From the NCBI GenBank assembly GCA_007131285.1, contig SLQV01000077.1, forward strand, positions 1 through 57,603: a DNA stretch of 57,603 bases. Direction: 5' to 3'. Source of the DNA: Myxococcales bacterium (GTDB taxonomy: Bacteria; Myxococcota_A; Polyangia; Polyangiales; SLQV01). Shown here piece by piece: positions 1-9,881 of this stretch. Made by a program: the position numbers and the translations under genes. Within the stretch, counting starts at the first letter, position 1, and each line of letters opens with the position of its first letter. The notes under the pieces are model-generated. The model saw only the letters and a list, made by a program, of their open reading frames with translations. It was not told where the DNA came from and made no database searches.

Positions 1-132
1 GCTTTCTTTTACCAACCGAACCGCTCGCTCACGTACCTCCGATGAAAACCTGCTCCCTTTCATTCTCATGTCTCCTAGACTCCCTCTTTTCGGAGCCTCC
101 AGGAAACCCGGGGGGATTCAGATTGCTTTGAG

Positions 133-993
133 CTAGCGACGAGGCACGGGAAAGAATCTTGTCCAAGTTTGTGGAGGTATGCTAGAATCCCACGGAGTAA
201 TGGTCGTGGTCACGGTCACCACGCCAGGCTTGCATGTGTGGGTCTTGGGTTCCCCCAAGCTGGGCCCCTCAACAAAGTTGCAGCCGTGCTCTCCATCGAC
301 CTTCAATCTGACGGCGTGACCCCCAGCGAATAACGCGCAGGTCCTATTCGCAACGTCAGTGATGTACTCGTCATTGTCAGTTGAGCTTGTTAACAGCGAA
401 GCTTCTACACTCCATTTAGACCCACCCTCCCAGATCTCTCCATTTTCCAGCGCCAGAGACGTCTTTTTAGCGGGGAAATTGACCTTCGCGAGTCGACAGT
501 GCTCATTCTGCTGAAACGCTTGGGTATCGACTACGAGTTGCTCAGGCGACTCCTCCCCTAGCGGTAGCGGGCGGCCGTTGACGAGCGAGGTCCGAATTCT
601 ACGAATGTTGTTGTTCATCTCTTCTCTTGAAGAAACGGGAGTCGACCGAAGCCGATTCACGTTCAAGCGTTTACCAACCAGAGCTAGGAGTTCAAAGGCG
701 CTAGGATTGCGGAAAACGTGAAGCCTTTGATCCGGATCGTAAGCAAATACGACAAGCACCACGCTTGCTGTAAATACGAAAGCTACAACCAGAGCAACAT
801 CCATAAAAAGAAGCGCCGTCTTACCCTCGTCGGCATGCACAAGCGACGCGTCGCTTGGGGGTAGCGCATCGGCCGGATCAACCGCACAACCAAGCAGCAC
901 GCAGAGCGCTGCGCTGACCACCCGCGAACCTAGTTTCTTTGAATCCGACACGCGTATTTTCGATTTCACACAGCTGATTAGCGCGGATAACAA
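133..993 (-). CDS. hypothetical protein, putative lipoprotein with a second hydrophobic segment
   Basis: 286-aa ORF in AT-richer DNA. Lipobox-like VLLGC after a hydrophobic run, then ALLFMDVALVVAFVFTASVVLVVFAY. No recognised domain; start uncertain. Confidence 0.5.
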   Translation of the reverse strand: MLSALISCVKSKIRVSDSKKLGSRVVSAALCVLLGCAVDPADALPPSDASLVHADEGKTALLFMDVALVVAFVFTASVVLVVFAYDPDQRLHVFRNPSAFELLALVGKRLNVNRLRSTPVSSREEMNNNIRRIRTSLVNGRPLPLGEESPEQLVVDTQAFQQNEHCRLAKVNFPAKKTSLALENGEIWEGGSKWSVEASLLTSSTDNDEYITDVANRTCALFAGGHAVRLKVDGEHGCNFVEGPSLGEPKTHTCKPGVVTVTTTITPWDSSIPPQTWTRFFPVPRR

Positions 994-1525
994 TCCATGC
1001 CGAGATTAATGCTGTAAATAGAATGTAAACTTCTTTGTTTAAAACATGTTCACTGATGCCCGCACTCGGGCCGCACGTGCGACGCATGCAGCCCTTGACT
1101 GAGCCAGCGCTCCTCCGAGGCAAGCGCTCCGGGAGGAGGGTAGCGCGCGCAAAAAGGCAAGCGGGTGTTGGGGCCCTGGGCGCAGCTTTAGCTGGCATTT
1201 TAGACAACCAGCGAGGGACTCACGCCCTAAGACGCGGGGGCATGCGCGAAACATGCCCCCTTGAACAGTGGCTCTCGGAGAGGCACGAGTCTCAGCTTGG
1301 GGACCTGAGCAAGACCTCCCATGGCCACGCAAACTGAGTCAACATAGCGAATATCAAGCACAGACGTGGGCTTTCTGGCGAGGCTTCGCGGACGACTCGG
1401 CCCCTTAACCGAACACGGATGGCCTGAGCCCTGATCGTAAACGAACCAGCGCCCGGCGCCCTTGCACTGTTTCATTAGCTAAATACGTTAGGACTAGGGG
1501 TGAATGTTTACGGCATCGGCACGAA

Positions 1526-3319
1526 ATGATAGCGTTGGCGAACAGGCGTGGGGAACGGCGATCATGCAGCCGGCATTGTGGGGACCTCGTGTGCAGTCAC
1601 TTCATATTTTCGGGCAGCGCGCGAACAAGTCCTAGAGGATTGAAGCCGAGGGCACTCGGTGACCGATACGGAAGCCAGGGAGGCGAGCGCCTCCGATCGA
1701 TAGCGGCGGCGTTCGTCGTCGCTGCGTGGGCTTTAGGCGCGACGGGCGCACTGGCTCAGAACCACTCAGACGAGCGCGCTGACATACATTCATCCGAGCG
1801 CATCGGGGTAAACGGGGAGCAGCCGCGGGGTTCACGATTCAGTGTTGGCGGAGCGCTCTTTGCGGCGCTCCCGCTTGCGCGACCGGAGCGTGACCTTTTT
1901 CGGCCGGGTCCCGGGGGCGAGCTCAGCGTGCGCTACGCTTGGACCCATTGGATCATGCCGGAAATCGTTTTGGGGACGCTGCTGCTTTCGGATGGTTCAC
2001 CACCTGCGGATATTAACCGAGAGCCCCCTGGCGTCGGCACATGGACCGCACTCAACATCGGTATGCGCGTTCTACCTTTTTCCGATCGAAGGACGCCCGC
2101 ACGCATGCGCGGGCTCTGGCTTAGCGGCGGAGGAGGTGCTGGCCTCACAGGGCGCTCGGTCCGTCCGTCCGCTACAGCAGCGGTGGGCTACGCCTTCTCC
2201 CTGAATGCCTTCGCGCTCAGCCCGGTGGTGCGGTACGCGCATATCTTTCAACAGGATAACCCCGTGAGTTCTAGCGATGCGCGATTGTTGCTCGCCGGTG
2301 TTGAGCTGGCGTGGACCGCCCAAAAACCACCCGTGAAACCTGTGGTTTCGTCGCCTCCTCCGCCTAGTGATCGCGATGGTGATGGCATCGTTGACGAGGA
2401 CGATGCGTGCCCGGATGATGCCGAAGATTACGACGGCTTCGAAGATGCAGACGGCTGTCCCGACCCGGATAACGACGGAGATGGTATTCCGGATACCGAA
2501 GATGCCTGCCCTAATGCCCCAGAAGATTTCGACGGGTTTGAGGATGAAGACGGGTGCCCCGACCCGGACAACGACGGAGATGGTATTCTTGATGTCGATG
2601 ACCAATGCCCAGACGAGCCTGAGGTCTACAATGGCATCGAAGACGAAGATGGCTGTCCCGATGCTGGCGTTATCGAACTCAAGGATGAGCGCATTATCCT
2701 CGAGGAGCGCGTGCTATTCGATTTCGAGCGCGCGCGGGTCAAGCACAGCGCTCGCCCGATTATCGAAGCTATCGTGAAGCTTTACCGTCGACAACGAAAC
2801 TGGGAAAAGCTCCGCGTCGAGGGCCACGCAGACGTGCGCGGGTCCGAGTCGTTCAACGTAACACTAAGCGAGCGACGCGCGGAGCAAGTGCGCCTGGCGC
2901 TCGTTGAGGCAGGTATTCCCGCTGAGATCATCGACTTTGTGGGCTACGGCCGAGGCCGACCCCGCGTTCTCGGCGACACCGAAGACGCGCATCAGCGCAA
3001 CCGCCGCGTCGAGTTTGTGATCCTAAGCAGAACGCCAATAGACGCGCCTGACTTCTCTCAGGACACCCGCGCACCCGACACTGACACCGACACCGACACG
3101 CCAGCGGCGGGTGCGCGCGACGAGCCGGCAGCACCGCGCCCCTCTGTCAAAACACCCCCCACGCCAGCCAGTGAACCACGCCCCCAGCCCGATCGAATAG
3201 AGCACACGCCTGACACAGATGCGCGAATTCCATCGCCCACGGCACCGCAAGAGCGGGACGGCGAAACCGCCGCTACGCCGAATGTGGAGACGCTGGACAC
3301 GAAAGGCAACGTCCCGTGA
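1526..3319 (+). CDS. OmpA-family outer membrane protein with thrombospondin type 3 repeats
   Basis: Signal-like segment, beta-strand-rich N domain, DxDGDGI..D.CP...ED.DG.ED.DGCPD repeats, OmpA_C motifs (VLFDF, VEGHAD, NVTLSERRA, GYG, NRRVEF) and a Pro/Thr tail. True start probably downstream of 1526. Confidence 0.9.
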   Translation: MIALANRRGERRSCSRHCGDLVCSHFIFSGSARTSPRGLKPRALGDRYGSQGGERLRSIAAAFVVAAWALGATGALAQNHSDERADIHSSERIGVNGEQPRGSRFSVGGALFAALPLARPERDLFRPGPGGELSVRYAWTHWIMPEIVLGTLLLSDGSPPADINREPPGVGTWTALNIGMRVLPFSDRRTPARMRGLWLSGGGGAGLTGRSVRPSATAAVGYAFSLNAFALSPVVRYAHIFQQDNPVSSSDARLLLAGVELAWTAQKPPVKPVVSSPPPPSDRDGDGIVDEDDACPDDAEDYDGFEDADGCPDPDNDGDGIPDTEDACPNAPEDFDGFEDEDGCPDPDNDGDGILDVDDQCPDEPEVYNGIEDEDGCPDAGVIELKDERIILEERVLFDFERARVKHSARPIIEAIVKLYRRQRNWEKLRVEGHADVRGSESFNVTLSERRAEQVRLALVEAGIPAEIIDFVGYGRGRPRVLGDTEDAHQRNRRVEFVILSRTPIDAPDFSQDTRAPDTDTDTDTPAAGARDEPAAPRPSVKTPPTPASEPRPQPDRIEHTPDTDARIPSPTAPQERDGETAATPNVETLDTKGNVP

Positions 3320-5136
3320 AGCGCGCGTTTCTCCAGCGTTTGCGAGCCAACTTCGGCCGGGGTCACATACTGGACCTCCGGCATAGGCATACCCTGCGCG
3401 CGCTGGAGTACGCCGGTCGACCTACCGCACTGCTCTCAAGCGCCTGGCTAACGAGATGCGGATCAGCTCTCCGCGGCGCGTGCTTTGCGTGGTTGCTGGC
3501 GGCGATCAGCCTGGGAGGCTGCGACTGCCGCACAGAGCTGGTCGGTGGAACCTGCAAGCGCGGGTTCACGCCGTGTGCGGGGCAATGCGTCAATCTACGC
3601 AGCGATAACGCGCACTGCGGGGCCTGCTTTAATGCGTGTGAAGCCGACGAAACGTGTCACCGCGCCCAATGTGGAGCCCCCGACCCAGAGCCCGGTCCGG
3701 ATCCCTGCGGTTCCAATCAGCGCCTTTGTGAAGACACGTGCCGCACCATTACCGCGGATGTGAATCATTGCGGGGCCTGTGGGCTGCGCTGTCCCGCAAG
3801 CACTTACTGCGCCGAGGGGTTCTGTATTGGCGACGGCCTCGACGCTTTCTGTGGCTTTCCTGGCCTCCTCTGCGACGGGGTCTGCATCAACCCCAATATC
3901 AATCCCGCACATTGCGGCGGTTGCGGTCTTCGCTGTCCGGAGGAGAGCGCGTGCAATGGCGGCGTCTGCCGCATAGAACCCGGCGACGCCGGCTGTACGC
4001 CCCGTGAAACGCTCTGTGAATCAACTTGCATCGATACGAGTATCGATCCCAATAATTGCGGCTCTTGTGGCAATGCATGCCCGAGCGGGCAGCCATGTAT
4101 CGAGGGCGCGTGTAGTGAGACGGGCCAGCCCTGCCAGCCACCGCTGCTCGCGTGCGGCGGACGATGCGTCGATCCAGCCACCGACAACTCCCACTGTGGC
4201 GGCTGTTTCAACGTCTGCGAAGACGCAAGTATCTGCGGTGGTGGCAGCTGCAACATCGCTTGCACAGCACCGCTCGAGCGGTGCTTGGATACCTGTGTCA
4301 ACTTGGCGTCGGACAACAACAATTGCGGGGCCTGCGGCGACGCCTGCGACCCCAGCAATACCTGCGTACAAGGCATCTGCCTGCCACCCTGCTCCTTGGG
4401 CACGTCGCGCTGTGGTGCAAGCTGCGTAGACACGCAAAGCGACCCAGACCACTGCGGCATCTGTGGTGTCGCGTGCGATACCGCTATCTGTATCGACGGC
4501 CTGTGCAGCGGCAAGCGCACCGGGCAACTCGTACTGATCGGACACGACTACCAAGTCACGCGCGTGAACATGAATCGCATCGTGGGCAACAGTATCTTTC
4601 TGGCGCCTGGCAATCCGGTGCGGGTTGTCAGCTACATCGGCGCCGCACACAACAGCGTCGTGAACGGGACACGCGTCGCCCTGAATCAGGTCGCCGCGGA
4701 ACGCGGGCGCAGCTTCGCCGAAACCGTCGCCACGGCCGACGTGTTGGAAGATAGGCTTGCCGACGCAGATGTACTGCTGATCTACGCTCAAGGCGGCGCT
4801 AGTGATACCGCTTTGGCCAACCTGGGCCTTACGCTGGGCGCGGCCATGGAGGCGTTTCTCGGCAACGGCGGTGTGATTGTGGTGCTCGACGGATACTCAA
4901 CAAGCAATGCAGGCACCTGGCAACTACTGGCGACCAGCAACTTGCTTGCCGTGACTGACGCGAACGAGATCACCGGGTCGATTGTCAGTGTCATTCATCC
5001 CGGCAGTAGCATCGCGCTCGGCTCCGCTTTAAACTACCGGGCCGAACCGACGAGCGTCAGCTTCAGCGCCAGTGACGGCCAGACCGTCGTCCAGGCAGGG
5101 GACGACCCAGTCGTGATACATAAGCTCTTTTTCTAA
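3316..5136 (+). CDS. myxobacterial cysteine-rich repeat protein (MXAN_6577/STIG1-like repeats), putative lipoprotein
   Basis: Seven copies of C-x5-(D/N)-x2-(H/N)-CG-x-C-x3-C, LGGC lipobox candidate, ~200-aa alpha/beta C-terminal domain. GTGA overlap with the upstream gene. Confidence 0.8.
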   Translation: MKRAFLQRLRANFGRGHILDLRHRHTLRALEYAGRPTALLSSAWLTRCGSALRGACFAWLLAAISLGGCDCRTELVGGTCKRGFTPCAGQCVNLRSDNAHCGACFNACEADETCHRAQCGAPDPEPGPDPCGSNQRLCEDTCRTITADVNHCGACGLRCPASTYCAEGFCIGDGLDAFCGFPGLLCDGVCINPNINPAHCGGCGLRCPEESACNGGVCRIEPGDAGCTPRETLCESTCIDTSIDPNNCGSCGNACPSGQPCIEGACSETGQPCQPPLLACGGRCVDPATDNSHCGGCFNVCEDASICGGGSCNIACTAPLERCLDTCVNLASDNNNCGACGDACDPSNTCVQGICLPPCSLGTSRCGASCVDTQSDPDHCGICGVACDTAICIDGLCSGKRTGQLVLIGHDYQVTRVNMNRIVGNSIFLAPGNPVRVVSYIGAAHNSVVNGTRVALNQVAAERGRSFAETVATADVLEDRLADADVLLIYAQGGASDTALANLGLTLGAAMEAFLGNGGVIVVLDGYSTSNAGTWQLLATSNLLAVTDANEITGSIVSVIHPGSSIALGSALNYRAEPTSVSFSASDGQTVVQAGDDPVVIHKLFF

Positions 5137-5278
5137 TACGCTTCAGCCCTACATTCACGGCTCGCGCATCTAGCCTATCTAGGCGGGGATCGGCCGCTTG
5201 AGTTGACGCCGAAACTAAGGCTTGCATTGCTTGCCCTAGCTAGCCCTCGAAGCCTTAGTGTGAAAGAACCTCTGCCTC

Positions 5279-6451
5279 ATGGGGAATCGCAAAGCGCTGC
5301 TCTTTGTCAACGACTTAGGTTTTTTCTTCAGCCATAGGTTTCCCATCGCACTCGCCGGCCAGGCGCGAGGGTTCGATATGGCCGTGGCAGCGCCCGAAAG
5401 CAGCGCCAGCGCAGCGCACCTGGCGCAGTTGGCAGATCACAACATAAAGTGGCTGCCAGTGCCCGTACGGCGCCACGGCCTTAACCCATTGCGAGACTTA
5501 AGGACCCTAGAGACGCTTGCCCGTATTCTCCTCCGGGAACGTCCAGATATTCTGCATAACGTGACAGCAAAATGCATCTTGCACGGCTCGCTTGCGGCCC
5601 GCCTACTCTCGCTCCCCGGCCTGCCCCCGCTGCGCGTCGTCAATGCAGTGAGCGGTCTCGGCTTCGCCTTTATTCGCCAAAGCGCTGACGCGCGAGTCGC
5701 CCGTAGTGTGATTCGCGCGGGCTATCGCCTGCTGCCGCCGGCGCAGCGTACATGGTTTATCTTCCAGAATATTGACGACCAAGAGCTGTTTGAGCGAGAG
5801 GGCATGGTCAGGCCAGGCCGATCGGTAATTGTGCGAGGGTCGGGCGTAGACCTCAAATACTTCCAACCCGCCTCAAGCGCACCCGCTGCGCCCAGACGCG
5901 TCGTACTACCCGCGAGACTGCTCTGGGACAAAGGCGTGCGCGAGTTCACTGAGGCAGCGCGTTTACTGAGGTCGAGCCATCCTGAGGTGCACTTCTGCCT
6001 AGCGGGCGGCTTGGATACTACCTATCGGCAGCATGTCCCCGAAGCTCAGGTGCGCGCTTGGGAGTCCGAAGGATTGGTGCATTGGCTCGGCCATCAATCG
6101 GACATGCGCGCTTGCCTGCAAGCTGCTTCTATCGCTTGCCTACCATCCTATCGCGAAGGCTTGCCCAAAGCTTTGCTTGAGGCTGCGGCCTGTGGATTGC
6201 CCATTGTGACGACGGACGTGCCCGGCTGTCGCGAGGTGGTCACCGACGGCGTCAATGGCCTGCTGGTACCGGCGCGCGACGCTGCCGCCCTTGCTGCCGC
6301 CCTAGGGCGCCTGCTGACAGACCGCGACCTGGCCAACCGTCTCGGTGCGGCCAGCCGTCAACGCGCCACCGCCCACTTTTGCGCTCGAGCTCTCGCCAAC
6401 CAAACCATTAACCTCTGGCAGCAGGCGCTCGAAGCCGATTCAGCGCGCTAG
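5279..6451 (+). CDS. glycosyltransferase family 4 (GT-B, CapM/PglA-like)
   Basis: F.SHR.P.A, FQN.DD, GSGVD, ARLLWDKGVREF, LPSYREGLPKALLEAAACG, TDVPGCRE. Confidence 0.92.
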   Translation: MGNRKALLFVNDLGFFFSHRFPIALAGQARGFDMAVAAPESSASAAHLAQLADHNIKWLPVPVRRHGLNPLRDLRTLETLARILLRERPDILHNVTAKCILHGSLAARLLSLPGLPPLRVVNAVSGLGFAFIRQSADARVARSVIRAGYRLLPPAQRTWFIFQNIDDQELFEREGMVRPGRSVIVRGSGVDLKYFQPASSAPAAPRRVVLPARLLWDKGVREFTEAARLLRSSHPEVHFCLAGGLDTTYRQHVPEAQVRAWESEGLVHWLGHQSDMRACLQAASIACLPSYREGLPKALLEAAACGLPIVTTDVPGCREVVTDGVNGLLVPARDAAALAAALGRLLTDRDLANRLGAASRQRATAHFCARALANQTINLWQQALEADSAR

Positions 6452-6720
6452 GAGCGCGGCGTGCAATGGCGCCGCCAAAGGCGATAGCCCACGAACCGTC
6501 GGAGTCTCGGATGAGCCCCAAGTAGGATACGCAACTGCGTGCGGTTCCCTGTTTTTTGACTGCCGTGTGAGGCACGCGAGCGCACCCACGCACCCACCGA
6601 TTCCGTGGCGCCGAACCCTCGACGAGAGATTTCCCCCCAGCACGGACCTCGTATCAGCCAAGTGGTGCGCGCGCTCCTGACCTTGGGTGAAACGCGGTGA
6701 CGTGCCATGCTGTGCCCGAG

Positions 6721-7911
6721 ATGAGCGACAAACCCTCCTATGAGGCGCGGGGCGTCTCCGCCAGCAAGTCCGAAGTACACGCTGCGATAGCGAACCTACA
6801 CAAGGGCGTTTTTCCTGGTGCTTTCTGCAAGATTTTGCCCGACTTGCTGCTCGGTGACCGTGATTTTTGCACGGTGATGCACGCAGACGGCGCCGGCACA
6901 AAATCGGTGCTTGCCTACCTGCACTATCAAAATACGGGTGACCCTTCGGTGTTCGCGGGCATTGCCCAGGATAGCCTGGTGATGAACCTCGACGATCTAC
7001 TTTGCGTCGGAGCCGATGGCCCCTTTCTGCTTTCGAATACCATCGGTCGTAACGCGAAGCGCGTGCCTGGCGAGGTCATCTCCGCATTGATCCACGGATA
7101 CGAAGCCGTCTGCGCGCAACTCGCAGACTTCGGCGTCGAGGTATACGGCTGTGGTGGCGAAACTGCCGACGTTGGCGATGTTGTGCGCACGGTGATCGCC
7201 GACTCCACACTGATGACGCGCATGCGCCGCAGCGACGTCGTCGATGCGTCTCAGGCCAAACCAGGTCACGTATTGGTGGGATTGGCGTCTTTCGGGCAGG
7301 CTAAGTACGAGCCGCGCTACAACTCGGGCATCGGCTCGAACGGCCTGACGCAAGCCCGCCACGATGTATTCGGCGGCGACATGAAAGTTGCGTTTCCCGA
7401 GAGCTTCGCGCCGGAAATCAGCGACGTAGCCTACACCGGTTACGCCGACTTGAACACACGCCTTGAAGGCACACCGTTGACACTGCTGGAGGCGCTGCTG
7501 TCACCTACCCGGACGTATGCGCCCGTGCTGATACCGCTGCTACGCGATATTCGCAGCATGTCGGCGAGACCCATCTCCGCCATCTTCCACATCACCGGTG
7601 GCGGTCAGCTCAAGCCGCTGAGCTTCGGTCAGGGCGTGCGCTACGTGAAAGACAACCTCTTTCCGCTCCCCCCCCTCTTTCGCTACCTCCAAACCACACA
7701 AGGCTTGAGTCTCGAGGAAATGGCGCGGGTCTACAACTTGGGACATCGGCTAGAGGTGGCCTGTGAACCCGACTTCGCCCCTGAGGTTATCGAACGTGCA
7801 GCGGATCTAGGCGTTGAAGCGCGCATCGTAGGGCATATCGGAGCGTACTACGATGGTCGCAGCAGCATGCGGCTAGAGCACGCGGGCGAGGTCGTTGAGC
7901 GTTCGGCTTAG
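6721..7911 (+). CDS. purM: phosphoribosylformylglycinamidine cyclo-ligase (AIR synthetase)
   Basis: YEARGVSASK, HADGAGTK, MNLDDLLC, GGETADVGD, GIGSNGLT, LLSPTRTY, HITGGG. Start placed at ATG 6721. Confidence 0.9.
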   Translation: MSDKPSYEARGVSASKSEVHAAIANLHKGVFPGAFCKILPDLLLGDRDFCTVMHADGAGTKSVLAYLHYQNTGDPSVFAGIAQDSLVMNLDDLLCVGADGPFLLSNTIGRNAKRVPGEVISALIHGYEAVCAQLADFGVEVYGCGGETADVGDVVRTVIADSTLMTRMRRSDVVDASQAKPGHVLVGLASFGQAKYEPRYNSGIGSNGLTQARHDVFGGDMKVAFPESFAPEISDVAYTGYADLNTRLEGTPLTLLEALLSPTRTYAPVLIPLLRDIRSMSARPISAIFHITGGGQLKPLSFGQGVRYVKDNLFPLPPLFRYLQTTQGLSLEEMARVYNLGHRLEVACEPDFAPEVIERAADLGVEARIVGHIGAYYDGRSSMRLEHAGEVVERSA

Positions 7912-8037
7912 TCCTTGCTCCGACACCTAAGCGCCCCTAGCGACATCCGCTCAAAAGTAAAAAGCCACACGCTGCCAGAGATTCTCTGCAGACGTGTGGC
8001 GAATGTTGACCGGCCCGCAGAGAGGCCGCGTCTCAGC

Positions 8038-8859
8038 TCAGACTATGGGTCTAACACCCGCCCCGGGCATTGCGGCCTGCGCCGGCGCTCGGTAAGGGTA
8101 TCGTCCTTTCTGAACACGTTCCGGCATCTCGATGATGCCCAAACGCTTGAAAAGCCGAATCATAAGGTAGCCAGGGTCTACTTCGAACCAACGCACGGCA
8201 AAGTTGGGTGCCATGCCGAAGCGATGGTGATTGTTCTGAAAAAGTTCGCCGAACGTTACAAAGTCGAAGAAGAGGGAGTTGCGCGATTGGTCGCCATTGT
8301 TGTAGTTAGCATAGCCGTAACGATGGCCGCACCAGTTCACGATAGCGCCATGAACCGGACCCATCACAAAGTGAATAGGCAACAGCAACCACAGCCACCA
8401 CTTATCCGCAAACGCGGCGTACACACCAGCATAGAGTACACACCAAAGAATACGCATCGTCCAGCTTTGTCCAAGGCGGTCGAGCATGGGCCACGAGGGA
8501 TATCCGCCGTCAAAACGCGCCTCGGGAGACCGACGATTGTAGGCGTAATCGTCGTAGCGCGCTTTTGTTGAAAGCATCATCGACATCGGATTGGAATAAC
8601 CCACGGGTGAATGCGGATCTTGCTCCGTGTCAATGAACGCGTGGTGTTCGCGATGAAGGATGGCGTACCCCCTAGGATTAAGGAACGAGGAACCCTGGGT
8701 TACGTAGGTGACTAAGTAAAAAAAACGCTCCCACCCCTTGGACATCGAAAACATGCGGTGCGCGCCGTATCGATGCAGAAAGAAAGTCTGCGAAAACACT
8801 GACCCTAGCCAGTGTGCCGCAAAGAACGTTAGAATGATGATGGTTCCCGTTGTCCACAT
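8038..8859 (-). CDS. membrane acyl-CoA (delta-9-type) desaturase
   Basis: Three His boxes (HRYGAH, HREHH..DT..DPHSP, QNNHH) plus hydrophobic segments. Confidence 0.92.
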   Translation of the reverse strand: MWTTGTIIILTFFAAHWLGSVFSQTFFLHRYGAHRMFSMSKGWERFFYLVTYVTQGSSFLNPRGYAILHREHHAFIDTEQDPHSPVGYSNPMSMMLSTKARYDDYAYNRRSPEARFDGGYPSWPMLDRLGQSWTMRILWCVLYAGVYAAFADKWWLWLLLPIHFVMGPVHGAIVNWCGHRYGYANYNNGDQSRNSLFFDFVTFGELFQNNHHRFGMAPNFAVRWFEVDPGYLMIRLFKRLGIIEMPERVQKGRYPYRAPAQAAMPGAGVRPIV

Positions 8860-9065
8860 AGTTACTTGTTCCTTATCTCGAGGCGTAGGGCCATCGCAAC
8901 CCTAAGCAAGTGCTACGCTTACCTTCTGCCAAGTTGTGACGCGGGTGTCACTTGGTACAAGTTACTCATGCTTCCCGGCGGCCCGCGCCTCATTCTTTGA
9001 CGAGCTATCCACTGGCGTCAAAGATACCGCCTCCATCTCCCCACGACAGTATCGCACGATATGAC

Positions 9066-9626
9066 CTACTGCGCTTCGTCCGGGGGCAACGAAACCGCGG
9101 AAAGCGTATGGATCACCCCATTGGTGCAAGGAAGGTCCGTCGCGACCACCGGTGCCCCACCCACGGTGACCGACGTCTCCGTCGTGGACACGGGCAAGAC
9201 AGTGCCTGCAACGGTCGTAAAAGATTTCTCCGTCGCGACCTTCACGCTCGTGTAGGTGCCCTCAACGACATGATGCTTAAGGATGCGCTGAAGCGTCGGC
9301 CGACTTTCCGGAAGCAATAGTGCGTTCAGGGTGCCCTCGGGAAGCGCGGCGAAGGCCTCGTCGTTAGGCGCGAAAATCGTAAATGGTCCGGGGGCCCGCA
9401 GCGTATCCGCCATAAGTGCGGCCTGGATCAGACCCGCCAGCGTGGAAAACTTCCCATCAGCAATCACCGTATCGACGCAATCCGCGCTCGCCTCGGGCAG
9501 TTCGATATTCTCTACTTCAACAGGCACCTCGGCCTTGTCCGGAACATAAACGGGCTCTGGGGCCTTCTTTTCACCACACGCTACGAGCGAGAAAGCAGCG
9601 CCGAGTATCAAGCTCGTACGCATCAT
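9066..9626 (-). CDS. fasciclin (FAS1) domain lipoprotein
   Basis: Lipobox SLVAC after MMRTSLILGAAF; FAS1 motifs GPFTIFAPNDEAFAALP, ILKHHVV, NGVIH. Confidence 0.9.
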   Translation of the reverse strand: MMRTSLILGAAFSLVACGEKKAPEPVYVPDKAEVPVEVENIELPEASADCVDTVIADGKFSTLAGLIQAALMADTLRAPGPFTIFAPNDEAFAALPEGTLNALLLPESRPTLQRILKHHVVEGTYTSVKVATEKSFTTVAGTVLPVSTTETSVTVGGAPVVATDLPCTNGVIHTLSAVSLPPDEAQ

Positions 9627-9881
9627 TAAGTTCTTCTGAATCAACATGATATCTCCAAAACCGCACCAGCGCGAAACGCCGTTGCTCAGGTTCTCCATAA
9701 CTCGCCGCGACTTTAACTCAACCGAGGGGCATCAGGCCAGAACCAATGGCCCCGACCCCATAGAAAGCAACTGAGTCTTGTGTCGGCTAACCGCCGAACT
9801 AGAGCGCGAAGCCCGCGGGTTCGGTCGACGACCGGCGTTGGCGCAACGTTTCGCGTCTTAGACCTCTTTAAGCACGTGCGT

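Noticed and set aside
3804-4791. Long antisense ORFs over the Cys-rich gene (also 7915-8571, 45678-46379, 50550-51353 and others)
   Set aside because: Shadow ORFs of well-supported opposite-strand genes with GC-biased codons
1526-5136. Calling the pair traA/traB
   Set aside because: Gene order is reversed, the repeat type differs, and I see no PA14-like domain or MYXO-CTERM
6452-6720. Possible ZMP/ZTP or purine riboswitch upstream of purM
   Set aside because: Conserved aptamer motifs not found; only a partial GACTG.CG resemblance
8719-8726. A8 tract in the desaturase as a phase-variation site
   Set aside because: In frame and explained by the codons for the RFFY segment
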